Source: Rhodothermus marinus (GTDB lineage: Bacteria > Bacteroidota > Rhodothermia > Rhodothermales > Rhodothermaceae). Taken from it: a stretch of DNA of 32,000 bases. Both the position numbers and the translations under genes were made by a program. The stretch lies in assembly GCF_009936275.1 (NCBI RefSeq), contig NZ_AP019797.1, forward strand, positions 1,811,890-1,843,889, written 5' to 3'. The notes beneath the pieces were generated by a model. It worked only from the letters and a program-made list of their open reading frames with translations, ran no database searches and was not told the origin of the DNA. Shown in pieces: positions 17,760 to 27,516 of the stretch. Every line of letters starts with the position of its first letter. Within the stretch, counting starts at the first letter, position 1.

Positions 17760-18386
17760 TCACCGAAACCGCCGCAAATCCACCTGCTGCATGCAGGCGG
17801 CCGCTTCGTCGGCGTCGTTGGTGGCCACTACCACCAGTCGGCCTTTCGCGCGGGCTTCTTCAAGCAATGCTTCAACCAGCCGGCGGCCGGCCTCGTCCAG
17901 GTTCGAGCGCGGCTCGTCCAGGAGCCAGAGCGGCGGATCGGCCAGCAGCGCGGCGGCCAGCCGGAGCCGCTGGCGCATGCCCGAGGAGAAAATCGCCACG
18001 GGCTCGTCGGCAAACGCCCGGAGCTGCACCCGTTCCAGCCAGCTTTCCACACGCCGGCGTCCGTCAGAAAGGCCCCGGGCCCGGGCGATAAATGTCAGGT
18101 TCTCCCGCGCGGTGAAAGCGTCGTAGAGCTGCAGGTAGGGTGCAGCCAGTCCCACGTAGAAGGGACGATCGGCAGGCTCGATCGGGCGGCCATTGACCTG
18201 GAGCCGCACCTCGCCCTCCGAGGGACGCAGCACGCCCGCCAGTATGCGCAAAAGCGTCGACTTGCCCGAGCCGTTCGGGCCCGTCACGGCCAGCGTCTCG
18301 CCGGCCGCGATCGTGAACGAAAGCCCCGCAAACAGACGCCGGTAACCGAAGCGCTTGCCGAGCGCGATCACTTCCAGTCGGTCCAT
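17760..18386 (-). CDS. ABC transporter ATP-binding protein (CcmA-like size and motifs)
   Basis: Walker A 'GPNGSGKST', signature 'SSGMRQR', Walker B 'LWLLDEP'. ATG 18386 (MDRLEVIALGKRF) is preferred over the ORF-track start at 18455, which lies only 14 nt from the divergent polB start. No permease gene is adjacent. Confidence 0.8.
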   Translation of the reverse strand: MDRLEVIALGKRFGYRRLFAGLSFTIAAGETLAVTGPNGSGKSTLLRILAGVLRPSEGEVRLQVNGRPIEPADRPFYVGLAAPYLQLYDAFTARENLTFIARARGLSDGRRRVESWLERVQLRAFADEPVAIFSSGMRQRLRLAAALLADPPLWLLDEPRSNLDEAGRRLVEALLEEARAKGRLVVVATNDADEAAACMQQVDLRRFR

Positions 18387-18469
18387 GCCTGCAAGATAAG
18401 CAACCGGACCGCTCCGAAACGCATCGCCGCTCCCGCGGTATATCCTTTTGCTCAAGTTTTACTTCAGCC

Positions 18470-20827
18470 GTGGCGGAGACGACGCACCTGTACGACGACG
18501 TCGCGCTGTTCGGCCGGGATCCGTCGCCGGGTCTGCTGGACGTGCAGCCGCTGCTGGACGGCGACGCCGACACGCCGGCCCGCGTGCGCCTTTACTGGCG
18601 CAGCACGGACAGTACGCTGTGCGTCGAAGAGCAGCCGTTCTATCCGTTCTTCCTGCTGGCCGACATTCGGTTGCTCCGGGGCTACCCGCGGCGGCGTTTT
18701 CGCTTTCGCCCGCTGGCGGGAAGCGAGCACTTCCGCTATCTGGTCGTCTTCGAAAGCTGGACCGCCTACCGCGAAGCGCTCCGGCACATCGAGCAGGCGG
18801 CCGCCGGTGCCGAGCGCCCGCCCGTCTATCAGATCAACACCCCGGCCCAGCAGTACCTGATGCAGTCGGGCCGCACCTGCTTCAAAGGCATGACGCTCGA
18901 CGACCTGCACCGCCTCCAGCTCGACATCGAGGTCTACACCGAATCGGGTTTCCCGAACGCGGAGCGTCCCGAAGATCAGATCGTGCTCATCGCGTTGCAC
19001 GACAACCGCGGCTGGCATCGCGTGCTGGACGTACGCGAAGCAGGCTCCGAAGCGGCCCTGCTGCGTCAGTTTGTGGACGTGCTGCGCGAGCGGGACCCCG
19101 ATGTGCTGGAAGGCTACAACCTGCTGGCTTTCGACCTGCCCTATCTGCAGCGGCGTTGCCAGCGCTACGACATTCCCCTGCAACTGGGCCGCGACGGCAG
19201 CGAGCCCCGCACGTTTCCGGCCAGCATTCGCTTTGCCGAGCGCACGATCGACTACACGGCCTTCGAGATCGCCGGCCGGCACGTGATCGACGTGTATTTT
19301 CAGGTGCTGGCCTTCGACGTGTTCAAGCGGGATCTTCCCGACTACACGCTGAAGACGGTCGCCCGCTATTTCGGCCTTTCGACGCGCGATCGTACCTACA
19401 TCGCCGGCACCGAGCTTTCCCGCACCTGGAGCGAAGATCCCGATCGCGTGCGCGCTTACGTGCTCGACGACGCCATCGAAACGGAGCGGCTGGCCCGCAT
19501 GCTCTCGGGCTCGGCCTTCTACCTGACGCAAATGGTGCCCATGCCCTACGGACAGGTGGCGCGCACGGGACCCGCTGCCAAGATCGAAGCGCTCATGGTG
19601 CGCGAGTACCTGCGGCGTCGCCACAGCATCCCCTGCCCCCAATGGGGCAGCCAGGCGCTGGGCGGCTACACGGACGTCTTCGTGACCGGCGTGGTCGGCC
19701 CCATCGTCTATGCCGACGTCGAAAGCCTCTACCCGTCCATCATGCTCACCTACGGCATCCAGCCGCGCACCGATCGGCTGGGGCTGTTTCAGCAGCTGTT
19801 GCGTCGGCTGACCGAGCTGCGCCTGGAAACCAAGCGCCGGATGCGTGAAGCCGAGTCCGAAGCGCTGCGCCGCGAACTCGACGCCCGGCAGAACTCCTAC
19901 AAGATCCTGATCAATTCCTTCTACGGCATGCTGGGCTTTTCGCTGGCGGCGTTCAACGACTTCGAGGCGGCCGATCGCGTGGCGGCCACCGGTCAGGAGG
20001 TGTTGCGCCGGCTCATCCAGGCCATCCAGCAGGCCGGCGGACAGGTCGTCGAAGTGGATACCGACGGCGTGCTCTTCGTGCCCCCGCCGGACGTCCGGGA
20101 CGAAGCGGCCGAACGCGCCTTCGTCGAGCAGCTCGGCGAGGCCCTTCCATCCGGCATCCGCGTGAGCTACGAGGGCCGTTTCAAAAAAATGCTTTCCTAC
20201 AAAAAGAAAAACTACGCGCTGCTGGGCTACGACGGCAGCCTGAAATTCAAAGGCTCCTCGCTGATTTCCCGCTCCGTCGAGCGCTTCGGCCGCCAGTTCG
20301 TGCGCGAGGCCATTGCGCTGCTGCTGGAAGAAGATATTCAGGGACTGCACGAACTCTACCTGCGCTACCGCGCCCGCATCCTGCAGCACGACTGGGAAAG
20401 CGTCCACGACTTCGCCCGCACCGAGACGCTGAAAGACACGCTGGACAACTACCTGGCCGATGTGGCGGCCGGACGGCGTCCCCGCGCGGCCGCCTACGAA
20501 CTGGCCCTTCGCCTGCGCGAAGCCGGACGTCCTGTACGCAAGGGAGACCGCATCACCTACTACATCACGGGCACGCACCCCAACGTGGCCGCCTACGAAA
20601 ACTGCCGCCTGGCCGAGGAATGGGATCCGGCCAATCCGGACGAAAACGCGGCGTACTACCTGCGGCGTCTGGACGAATTTGCCCGCAAGTTCGAGCCCTT
20701 CTTCACCCCGGCCGACTTCCGGCGCATTTTTTCCCCCGACGACCTGTTCGGCTTCTCGGCCGAGGGCATTCGTCCGATCCGCCGGGTACGCGCGCCTGAA
20801 GAAGTGTTTTCATCCACCCCGTTTTGA
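18470..20827 (+). CDS. polB: Family B DNA polymerase (Pol II-like)
   Basis: 785 aa, GTG start. Exo I 'LDIEV', Exo II 'YNLLAFDLPYL', Exo III 'YVLDDAIE', Pol A 'DVESLYPSIM', Pol B 'KILINSFYG', Pol C 'VDTDGV'. Confidence 0.92.
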   Translation: MAETTHLYDDVALFGRDPSPGLLDVQPLLDGDADTPARVRLYWRSTDSTLCVEEQPFYPFFLLADIRLLRGYPRRRFRFRPLAGSEHFRYLVVFESWTAYREALRHIEQAAAGAERPPVYQINTPAQQYLMQSGRTCFKGMTLDDLHRLQLDIEVYTESGFPNAERPEDQIVLIALHDNRGWHRVLDVREAGSEAALLRQFVDVLRERDPDVLEGYNLLAFDLPYLQRRCQRYDIPLQLGRDGSEPRTFPASIRFAERTIDYTAFEIAGRHVIDVYFQVLAFDVFKRDLPDYTLKTVARYFGLSTRDRTYIAGTELSRTWSEDPDRVRAYVLDDAIETERLARMLSGSAFYLTQMVPMPYGQVARTGPAAKIEALMVREYLRRRHSIPCPQWGSQALGGYTDVFVTGVVGPIVYADVESLYPSIMLTYGIQPRTDRLGLFQQLLRRLTELRLETKRRMREAESEALRRELDARQNSYKILINSFYGMLGFSLAAFNDFEAADRVAATGQEVLRRLIQAIQQAGGQVVEVDTDGVLFVPPPDVRDEAAERAFVEQLGEALPSGIRVSYEGRFKKMLSYKKKNYALLGYDGSLKFKGSSLISRSVERFGRQFVREAIALLLEEDIQGLHELYLRYRARILQHDWESVHDFARTETLKDTLDNYLADVAAGRRPRAAAYELALRLREAGRPVRKGDRITYYITGTHPNVAAYENCRLAEEWDPANPDENAAYYLRRLDEFARKFEPFFTPADFRRIFSPDDLFGFSAEGIRPIRRVRAPEEVFSSTPF

Positions 20828-20917
20828 AAAAATCCGGGCGCCCTCCCGCCACGAAACTATTCCCAAATCCATTGCGTTCGGAACGCGATTCTGGCACGTA
20901 AACCCGCCGGGAAATCC

Positions 20918-22879
20918 TTGGACGAAACGGCTCAACCGCTGGAGATCGATCTCGAAGCCTGGACGCCACAGGCGGCCGAAGTGCTCTACCATGTCCCGGC
21001 ATGGGGCGCGGGCTTTTTCCACGTCAACGAAGCCGGACACGTAGCCGTCCGCCCGCTGGGACCGGAAGGTCCCTCCATCGATCTGCTGGAAGTGATCGAG
21101 CGCCTGCGTGCGCAGCATGTGCATCCGCCCGTTCTGCTGCGCTTTCAGGATCTGCTGCGCACCCGCGTCCAGCAGCTCAACCGGGCCTTCCGTCGTGCCA
21201 TTGCCGAAACGGGCTACGCCAACACCTACCGGGGCGTCTATCCGATCAAGGTAAACCAGCTCCGCGAGGTTGTTGAAGAAATTCTCGAAGCCGGAGCGCC
21301 TTTCTCGTTCGGGCTGGAATGCGGCTCCAAGTCGGAACTGCTGGCCACACTGCCCTACCTGGACCGGGACGACATGCTGCTGATCTGCAACGGCTGTAAA
21401 GACCGGGCCATGATGCAGCTTATCCTGGCAGGGCAGCGCCTGGGCAAAAAGGTGATCCCGGTGATCGAACGCATGGCTGAGTTCCGGCTGCTGCTGGAGG
21501 CGCTGGAAGATCGCTCGCTACCGCAGGCCAGTGTGCCGGCCATCTTTGGCGTGCGCCTGCGGCTGTCGGCGACGGGCGCCGGCCTGTGGTCGGAGTCCGG
21601 CGGTGAGACGTCCAAGTTCGGCCTGTCGCTGTCGGAGCTACTGGGCCTGCTCGACCGCATCGGTGACGGTCACTCGGGGGTGTCGCTGCAGCTGCTGCAC
21701 TTTCACATGGGCAGCCAGATCGCCCATCTGGCGCACATTCGCGAGGCGGTCACCGAGGCCGCGCGCATCTATGCCCGGCTGCGCAAGCGTGGGCTGGGCA
21801 TCACCTACCTGGACATCGGCGGCGGCCTGGGCGTCACCTACGAGGCGGGCAACCCGGACGCCCCCGGCAGCATCGACTATTCGCTCGGCGAGTATGCCCG
21901 TACAGTCGTGGCAACGGTGCAGCGAGTCTGCGAAGCCGAAGGCGTACCCCCGCCCATTCTGATCTCCGAAAGCGGCCGGGCCCTGACGGCCTACCACTCG
22001 ATCTTCGTGACGGAAGTGCTCGACACGCGCTCCCGCCATTACGAATTGCCTGCCTGGGCCAACGGAGGCATCCATCCCCTGCTGGAGGAATTGCGCCGGC
22101 TCTACGACGCGGCCGCCTCCGAGCCGCTGTCCGCAACGTACGAACAGCTGGAAGCCGTGCGGCAGCAGGTCAACCGCTCATTTCGTGAAGGGGCCCTGTC
22201 TCTGGAACAGAAAGCAGAAGCTGAACAGCTCTACTGGGCTACCTGTGCCCGCCTGAGCGAACGCCTGCCCCGCTCGCCCGAAGCCCTGGAGGTTCTCCCT
22301 GAAAACCTGCGTCAGCTGCCCACGCGACTGGCCGATCATTATCTGTGCAACTTCTCCGTCTTTCGCTCGCTGATCGACCACTGGGCCATCGGCCAGCACT
22401 TCCCGATCATGCCCATTCATCGCCTGGATGAGCCGCCCACGCGTCACGGCATCCTGATCGATCTGACCTGCGACTCCGACGGTCAGGTCAGCGATTTCGT
22501 CACCCCGGTCGGCGAAAAGCACACGCTCGAACTCCATCCGCTGCGCCCGGGCGAGCCCTACTACCTGGGCTTTTTCCTGATGGGTGCCTATCAGGACATC
22601 ATGGGCGACCAGCACAACCTGTTCGGGCGCGTCACCGAAGCACACATCTATCTGGACGAAGACGAGCCGGGAAACTTCTACGTCGAACTGATTCTGCCGG
22701 GCGCGACCGTCGAAGAAGAACTCGCCCAGGTGCAGTACTACCCGAATGACCTCGAGCGTCGCATGAACCGGCTCATTCAGGAAAAGGTGCGAACCGGCGC
22801 GCTGCGGCCACGGGAAGGCGTGGAATTGCTGGAGCTGTACCGGCGCGTCTTCCGGACTTCCACCTATCTGGAACACTGA
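20918..22879 (+). CDS. speA: Biosynthetic arginine decarboxylase
   Basis: 653 aa, TTG start. 'YHVPAWGAGFFHVNEAGHVAVRP' is a typical SpeA N-terminus. PLP-Lys motif 'YPIKVNQ' and 'ISESGRALTAYHS'. Confidence 0.9.
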   Translation: MDETAQPLEIDLEAWTPQAAEVLYHVPAWGAGFFHVNEAGHVAVRPLGPEGPSIDLLEVIERLRAQHVHPPVLLRFQDLLRTRVQQLNRAFRRAIAETGYANTYRGVYPIKVNQLREVVEEILEAGAPFSFGLECGSKSELLATLPYLDRDDMLLICNGCKDRAMMQLILAGQRLGKKVIPVIERMAEFRLLLEALEDRSLPQASVPAIFGVRLRLSATGAGLWSESGGETSKFGLSLSELLGLLDRIGDGHSGVSLQLLHFHMGSQIAHLAHIREAVTEAARIYARLRKRGLGITYLDIGGGLGVTYEAGNPDAPGSIDYSLGEYARTVVATVQRVCEAEGVPPPILISESGRALTAYHSIFVTEVLDTRSRHYELPAWANGGIHPLLEELRRLYDAAASEPLSATYEQLEAVRQQVNRSFREGALSLEQKAEAEQLYWATCARLSERLPRSPEALEVLPENLRQLPTRLADHYLCNFSVFRSLIDHWAIGQHFPIMPIHRLDEPPTRHGILIDLTCDSDGQVSDFVTPVGEKHTLELHPLRPGEPYYLGFFLMGAYQDIMGDQHNLFGRVTEAHIYLDEDEPGNFYVELILPGATVEEELAQVQYYPNDLERRMNRLIQEKVRTGALRPREGVELLELYRRVFRTSTYLEH

Positions 22880-22882
22880 GCG

Positions 22883-23353
22883 TTACGCCGCGCGGCGGCG
22901 TCCCTGGCGCAACAGATACAGCGCAATGCCAAGCAGATGGGCCGGATGCACCGGCCGCACCAGACAGGCATCGGCGCCCATCTGATAGGCTTCGGCGATT
23001 ACCTGCGGATTGTCTTCCTGAAGCACGACCAACAGCGGCACATCCGCCAGCGGCCACTCCCGTCGCAACTGCATCAGGCGCGTCCAGTCCGGGTGCGGCT
23101 GGCGGGCCTCCAGCACCAGCAGCCGCCCGGAAAACGCGCTGTGGATCTCCACGAGCGAAGCCACCCAGTGCGCATCGGACACCTGCAGGCGCTGCACGAC
23201 CGGAAGCGTCTCGGCGGTTTTTTCCTCAACAGGTACTTTTTGCAACTGCACCTGCAACTGCTGGATCACGGCCAGCAACTCATTCAGCAACGACCGAATC
23301 GGTTCTTTTTCGGCGGCGCTCCCGGCCGATGCCTGCGGGTTGACGGCTTTCAT
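22883..23353 (-). CDS. Degenerate receiver (REC)-like protein with an N-terminal coiled-coil segment
   Basis: 'RLLVLEARQP...VPLLVVLQEDNPQVIAEAYQMGADACLVRPV' follows the REC beta3-beta5 pattern, but Glu replaces the phospho-acceptor Asp, Arg replaces the conserved Lys, and no beta1 acidic pair is present. Confidence 0.45.
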   Translation of the reverse strand: MKAVNPQASAGSAAEKEPIRSLLNELLAVIQQLQVQLQKVPVEEKTAETLPVVQRLQVSDAHWVASLVEIHSAFSGRLLVLEARQPHPDWTRLMQLRREWPLADVPLLVVLQEDNPQVIAEAYQMGADACLVRPVHPAHLLGIALYLLRQGRRRAA

Positions 23354-23457
23354 ACCGGAACAGATGCTTGAACTCCTCGGAAGACTACTTCAAGTATCGG
23401 TTCAGAACCGGTGGGGATTAAGCCGGAGGAGCAAGCATCGTGCCCCGGATGAAAAAT

Positions 23458-24843
23458 TCATCCTCCGGCGGCGCGCGGAAGCGGCTCGGGCAGGTCGGCG
23501 ATCACGTAGGCCATGACGGCCAGGGCCGCAATGCACAGGTTCAGCTCGTGGGGATCCAGCTTGTCGATCGTGTCGGCGTCGGTGTGGTGGTACCAGAAGT
23601 AGCGGGTGCCATCCACACGAAGCCCCATGCCGGGCACGCCTTCGCGCATAAGTGGTGAAATGTCGGCGCCGCCACCTCCTTCCCAGATCCGATCGGCCCC
23701 GATGGGCTCCAGCAGCCGGGCGACGGCCCGAACGATGGCGAGCGCTTCGGGCGATCCCGTAAATCCGAACCCTTCCGGCTTGAAAACCCCGGCGTCCGTT
23801 TCGATGGCCAGCACGTGCCGATCCAGTTCGTCCCGGTAGCGATCCCGGTAGGCCAGCGCGCCCCGGAGTCCGTTCTCCTCGTTGGTCCAGAGCACCACGC
23901 GGATGGTCCGGCGCGGCCGCAAACCCAGGCGCTTCAGGAGCCGCACGGCCTCCCAGGCGGCCACACAACCGCCCGCGTCGTCCATGGCCCCCTGCCCCAC
24001 ATCCCAGGAGTCGATGTGTCCGCCCACCACCACGATCTCTTCGGGACGCTCCCGCCCCACCAGCTCGGCCACCACGTTGCGCGAGGGCACGTCGGGCAGT
24101 GTCTGCGCCTCCATGTAGAGCCAGAGCCGGGGTCGCTGGCCGCGATCCTGCAGGCGTTGCAGCAGCTCGGCGTCCTCGACGGTCAGCGCGGCGTGCGGAA
24201 TGCGCGGCACGCCATCCTCGTAGCGCATGCTGCCGGTATGCGGCGTGTAGAGCGAGTGCGGGGTCACCGAGCGGACCAGACTGGCCACGGCACCGGCCCG
24301 CGCCGCCGCTACCGCCCCCAGCACCCGGTAGCGCACTGTCTCGCCGTAGGTGGTGAAGGGCACGTTGAAGACGACAATACGGCCGGGCGCCTCGTCCCGC
24401 CGGGCCTCCAGTTCGTCGAACGAGCGCACGACCAGCACCTCGGCCTCGATGCCTTCCGGCGGGGTGGCCACGCTACCGCCCAGTCCCAGCACGGCCAGTT
24501 TCTTCCGATAGGGATGGCGCAGCTCCAGCGCTTCGTTACCCCGCACCCAGCGGGGCACCATCACCGTATCGCCCCGGACGTTTTCCAGGCCATCCTGCCG
24601 CATGGCTTCCAGCACCCAGTCGATGGCCCGCTCCAGCTGAGGCGTGCCGCTGAAACGCGGCCCGAAGGTATCGACCAGATAGGCCAGCCGCTCGAAGGCG
24701 CTGCTGTCGGCCAGCGCCGCCTTGATAATGCGCTGCGCAACGGCTTCGTAGCGTGCCCGGAGCGTGTCGGCCAGCGGCTGCGCCTGCCCTACCCTGCCAT
24801 TCAGGATGACCAGTGTTATCAGTGTTGCAATAACGGATCTCAT
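23458..24843 (-). CDS. Secreted M28-family metallopeptidase (aminopeptidase)
   Basis: Start set at ATG 24843, giving the signal peptide 'MRSVIATLITLVILNGRVGQAQ'. 'VVGGHIDSWDVGQGAMDDAGG' and 'WTNEENGLRG' are M28 metal-ligand motifs. Confidence 0.85.
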   Translation of the reverse strand: MRSVIATLITLVILNGRVGQAQPLADTLRARYEAVAQRIIKAALADSSAFERLAYLVDTFGPRFSGTPQLERAIDWVLEAMRQDGLENVRGDTVMVPRWVRGNEALELRHPYRKKLAVLGLGGSVATPPEGIEAEVLVVRSFDELEARRDEAPGRIVVFNVPFTTYGETVRYRVLGAVAAARAGAVASLVRSVTPHSLYTPHTGSMRYEDGVPRIPHAALTVEDAELLQRLQDRGQRPRLWLYMEAQTLPDVPSRNVVAELVGRERPEEIVVVGGHIDSWDVGQGAMDDAGGCVAAWEAVRLLKRLGLRPRRTIRVVLWTNEENGLRGALAYRDRYRDELDRHVLAIETDAGVFKPEGFGFTGSPEALAIVRAVARLLEPIGADRIWEGGGGADISPLMREGVPGMGLRVDGTRYFWYHHTDADTIDKLDPHELNLCIAALAVMAYVIADLPEPLPRAAGG

Positions 24844-24909
24844 GGCGACTTGACGGTGGGTTGCTTCCGAAATTATCGTGTAGCTTACGAAACCGCCTGC
24901 AGAAACGCC

Positions 24910-25518
24910 ATGCCCTCGCCCGCTGCCGACAGCCTCTGCGGCCTCGACTTCGGCGCCCGCACCGCCGGCACCACCGTGGTGGTCTGGAACGGCCGCGACG
25001 GCCGCCTCCACCTGCGCGCCTGCCCGCGCCAGACCGATGCCGACGCCTGGCTCGAAGGCCTGCTAATGCCTCGCCCACCCCGCCTCGTCGCCATCGATGC
25101 GCCGCTCAGCCTGCCCCGCGCCTACTGCGGCCCGAACCCCGACGACGCGCCCGACTTCTTCTTCCGCGCGGCCGACCGCCTGGCCGGTGCCATGTCGCCG
25201 CTGTTTCTGGGCGGTCTGACCGCCCGCGCCATTGCCCTGGCACACCGGCTCCGTCGCCTCGGCGCCACCGTGCTGGAAACCTACCCCCGCCTCGTGGTGC
25301 AACGCCGCCTGCCGGAAAACCTCCAGGCCCGCTACCGCCACGACGACCCGGAGGCCTTCGCCCGCGACCTGCTCCCCCTGCTGCCCCAGCCCTGCGCCGA
25401 GCCCCCGGCAAGCTGGCACGACGTGGACGCCCTGCTGGCCTGGTGGACCGCCTGGCGCTATGCCCACCATCAGGCAGCCAGCCTGGGCGACCCGGACGAA
25501 GGTTTGATCTGGTACTGA
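24910..25518 (+). CDS. DUF429-family protein (RNase H-like fold)
   Basis: 202 aa from ATG 24910. 'LCGLDFGA...LVAIDAPLSLP' fits DUF429. The much longer ORF-track frame (23815..) is antisense read-through of the peptidase gene. Confidence 0.6.
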   Translation: MPSPAADSLCGLDFGARTAGTTVVVWNGRDGRLHLRACPRQTDADAWLEGLLMPRPPRLVAIDAPLSLPRAYCGPNPDDAPDFFFRAADRLAGAMSPLFLGGLTARAIALAHRLRRLGATVLETYPRLVVQRRLPENLQARYRHDDPEAFARDLLPLLPQPCAEPPASWHDVDALLAWWTAWRYAHHQAASLGDPDEGLIWY

Positions 25519-25521
25519 ACG

Positions 25522-26208
25522 TCAGAAGTGGAACGTCACGCCAAAGCGCCAGATGAGCACGTTCGTCCGTGAGCGGTACACGTCGTACATTACCCGGCCG
25601 TTTTCGCGTCGGATGGAGCCTTTTCGGAGATACTCGGCCTCCGAACCGTACAGGTAGCGCCCGCCCAGGTGGATCAAAAACCGCTGCGTACGCTTCGGCG
25701 TGGGCTTGCGATAGAGTTCGATCTCCAGACCACCCCCGTAGCCGTAGCTCAGCGCCACGTCTTCGTAGTTGTTGGACGCGGCAATTTCTCGTTGCTGCTC
25801 GCTTTCGATTTTGGTGCGCGTGTAGAAGTAGCGCCCGCCGATCAGCCCCTCCACGAACGGCCAGAGCCGGTCCAGCCCTGGCTGCAGACGCATCAGCAGG
25901 TGCCCCATCGCCATGTTGTTGACGGTCTCGACGTCCACCGTCACGTCCGGGATCGTCAGGCTGAACGGCTCGCGGCGGCGTTCCACGCCATAGATCATGA
26001 AGCCGGCCTCTGCCCCCAGAAACACCGGCACCTCCAGAAACCGCCAGCCGAAGTCGAAGTCCAGTCCGAAGCCGGCATTATCGACGTTCGTCCGGAATTC
26101 TCCCTGTGGAATGCCGGCCAGGAAATAGACGCTGCCCTGAAAGGCCGTCTGTGCCCGGGCGCCAGGCACCAGCATGAGCCAGAGGATCAGTCCTGCGAAG
26201 CGCCGCAT
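25522..26208 (-). CDS. Small outer-membrane beta-barrel protein
   Basis: Signal peptide 'MRRFAGLILWLMLVPGARAQ', alternating hydrophobic strands, and a C-terminal 'WRFGVTFHF' ending in Phe. Confidence 0.75.
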   Translation of the reverse strand: MRRFAGLILWLMLVPGARAQTAFQGSVYFLAGIPQGEFRTNVDNAGFGLDFDFGWRFLEVPVFLGAEAGFMIYGVERRREPFSLTIPDVTVDVETVNNMAMGHLLMRLQPGLDRLWPFVEGLIGGRYFYTRTKIESEQQREIAASNNYEDVALSYGYGGGLEIELYRKPTPKRTQRFLIHLGGRYLYGSEAEYLRKGSIRRENGRVMYDVYRSRTNVLIWRFGVTFHF

Positions 26209-26319
26209 GGTCCGTTGTTGTTACGTGAAGGGAAACCAACTAGCTTGAAAATTAGCGCCGGCCAGCGGCCGATCGTCATGCGCTTGCCGGCGCATCGCCT
26301 CCGTCTTCTTCGGCGTATT

Positions 26320-27510
26320 TCACCCGAAGCGCTCCAGTGCGAAAGCGGAACGGTGACTTCGGGCAAAGAGATCGTAGCCATCGGGGGTGTATCCCAGCAG
26401 GAGTTCGGCCAGCAGGCGTCCCATGCGAAAGCCGTAGCCCATGCCGTGTCCGGTGAATCCGGCCGCCCAGTAGCTGCCGTCCAGGCCCGGCACCTGATCG
26501 ACGACAGGCAGGCCGTCCGGCGAAAAGCCCATCGTGCCGCTCCAGCGACATTGGATCCGGAGCCCTTCGGTCTGGGGGAAGTAGGCATGCAGGTAGCGTT
26601 CCAGGTCGGCCTGCAGCGCCTCGGTGGTGGCGTCCTCGTAGCCCACCTCTTCTTCCAGGTGCAGGTGTCGGGCACCGCCCAGCAGCAGGGTGCCGTCGGC
26701 GAGCTGACGCAGGTAAAAGAAGCCGTCGTGCGAATAGACCGGGCACGGCACCCAGCGGCGGCCGGCCGGCTCGGTGGCCAGCATCTGCGCCCGTACGGGC
26801 CGCACGTAGGCGGCCGTCTCCGGCAGGAGTCGCGGCAGGTAGGCGTTCAGGGCCAGCAGCACCTGCCCGGCCCGCACCGAGCCGTAGGGCGTCTCCAGAC
26901 GCACGCCATCGCCGCAGGGCTCCAGTGCCAGTACGGGGTGATGCGTCAGTACGAGCGCTTCGCTCCGGTCGGCCAGGTAGCGGACCAGCGCTACCGGATC
27001 CAGACAGCCCCCCTCGGGCAGGTACAGACCACCCCGATAGCCGCGGGCGTGGAGACGACGATTGATTTCGGCGGCGGATAGAAAAATCGCGGGGGCTCCG
27101 TCGCTCCGAAGCCATGAGACGGCCTCCTGCAGCCGCTTCTCCTCTTCGGCGGAGCCGGCCACGATCAGCGCTCCGCTGTCCTCCCAGTCAAAGGCTCTCG
27201 GGTCCAGCTCCCGCACCAGCAGTGTGCGATTTTCCCGGGTGAACTGCCAGAGACGACGTGCTCGGGTCTCGCCATAGCGGCTACAATCTTTCAGGAAGTC
27301 GGCCGAGGCGCCGGGCAGAATAAAGCCCGCATTGCGCCCGCTGGCGCCGTCGGCCAGCGCCCCGGCCTCCAGCAAGATCAGCCGCAGCTGCGGCCGCAGC
27401 CGGTGCAACCAGAAGGCCGTGGCGCATCCGATCACGCCGCCGCCGACGATCGCGATGTCGGCCGCGCGTTCGGCCGCCTGATGTCGCCGTTGCCAGAAAG
27501 ATCGCGTCAC
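26320..27510 (-). CDS. FAD-dependent oxidoreductase (DAO family)
   Basis: N-terminal Rossmann motif 'DIAIVGGGVIGCATAFWL'. 396 aa, with 'GFTGHGMGYG' near the C-terminus. Confidence 0.85.
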   Translation of the reverse strand: MTRSFWQRRHQAAERAADIAIVGGGVIGCATAFWLHRLRPQLRLILLEAGALADGASGRNAGFILPGASADFLKDCSRYGETRARRLWQFTRENRTLLVRELDPRAFDWEDSGALIVAGSAEEEKRLQEAVSWLRSDGAPAIFLSAAEINRRLHARGYRGGLYLPEGGCLDPVALVRYLADRSEALVLTHHPVLALEPCGDGVRLETPYGSVRAGQVLLALNAYLPRLLPETAAYVRPVRAQMLATEPAGRRWVPCPVYSHDGFFYLRQLADGTLLLGGARHLHLEEEVGYEDATTEALQADLERYLHAYFPQTEGLRIQCRWSGTMGFSPDGLPVVDQVPGLDGSYWAAGFTGHGMGYGFRMGRLLAELLLGYTPDGYDLFARSHRSAFALERFG

Positions 27511-27516
27511 GGCTCG

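Noticed and set aside
18464-20578. Very long antisense or out-of-frame ORFs. Examples: 704 aa opposite polB; also 412..1668(-), 2624..3730(+), 5782..7119(+), 16229..17455(+), 18448..19848(+), 25669..27081(+), 28446..29873(+), 29632..31266(+).
   Set aside because: They are typical stop-codon-poor shadow frames of GC-rich coding DNA. Their translations are Arg/Gly/Ala/Pro-rich low-complexity sequence with no motifs. The opposite or alternative frame carries clear catalytic motifs in every case.
18470-20827. Family-B polymerase next to the island as a marker of a self-replicating element (pipolin or casposon).
   Set aside because: It has the full Pol II-type exonuclease and polymerase motif set (including KILINSFYG and DTDG). 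It lies outside the AT-rich island boundary, next to housekeeping genes. There are no Cas1, integrase or terminal repeats. It is treated as the chromosomal polB.
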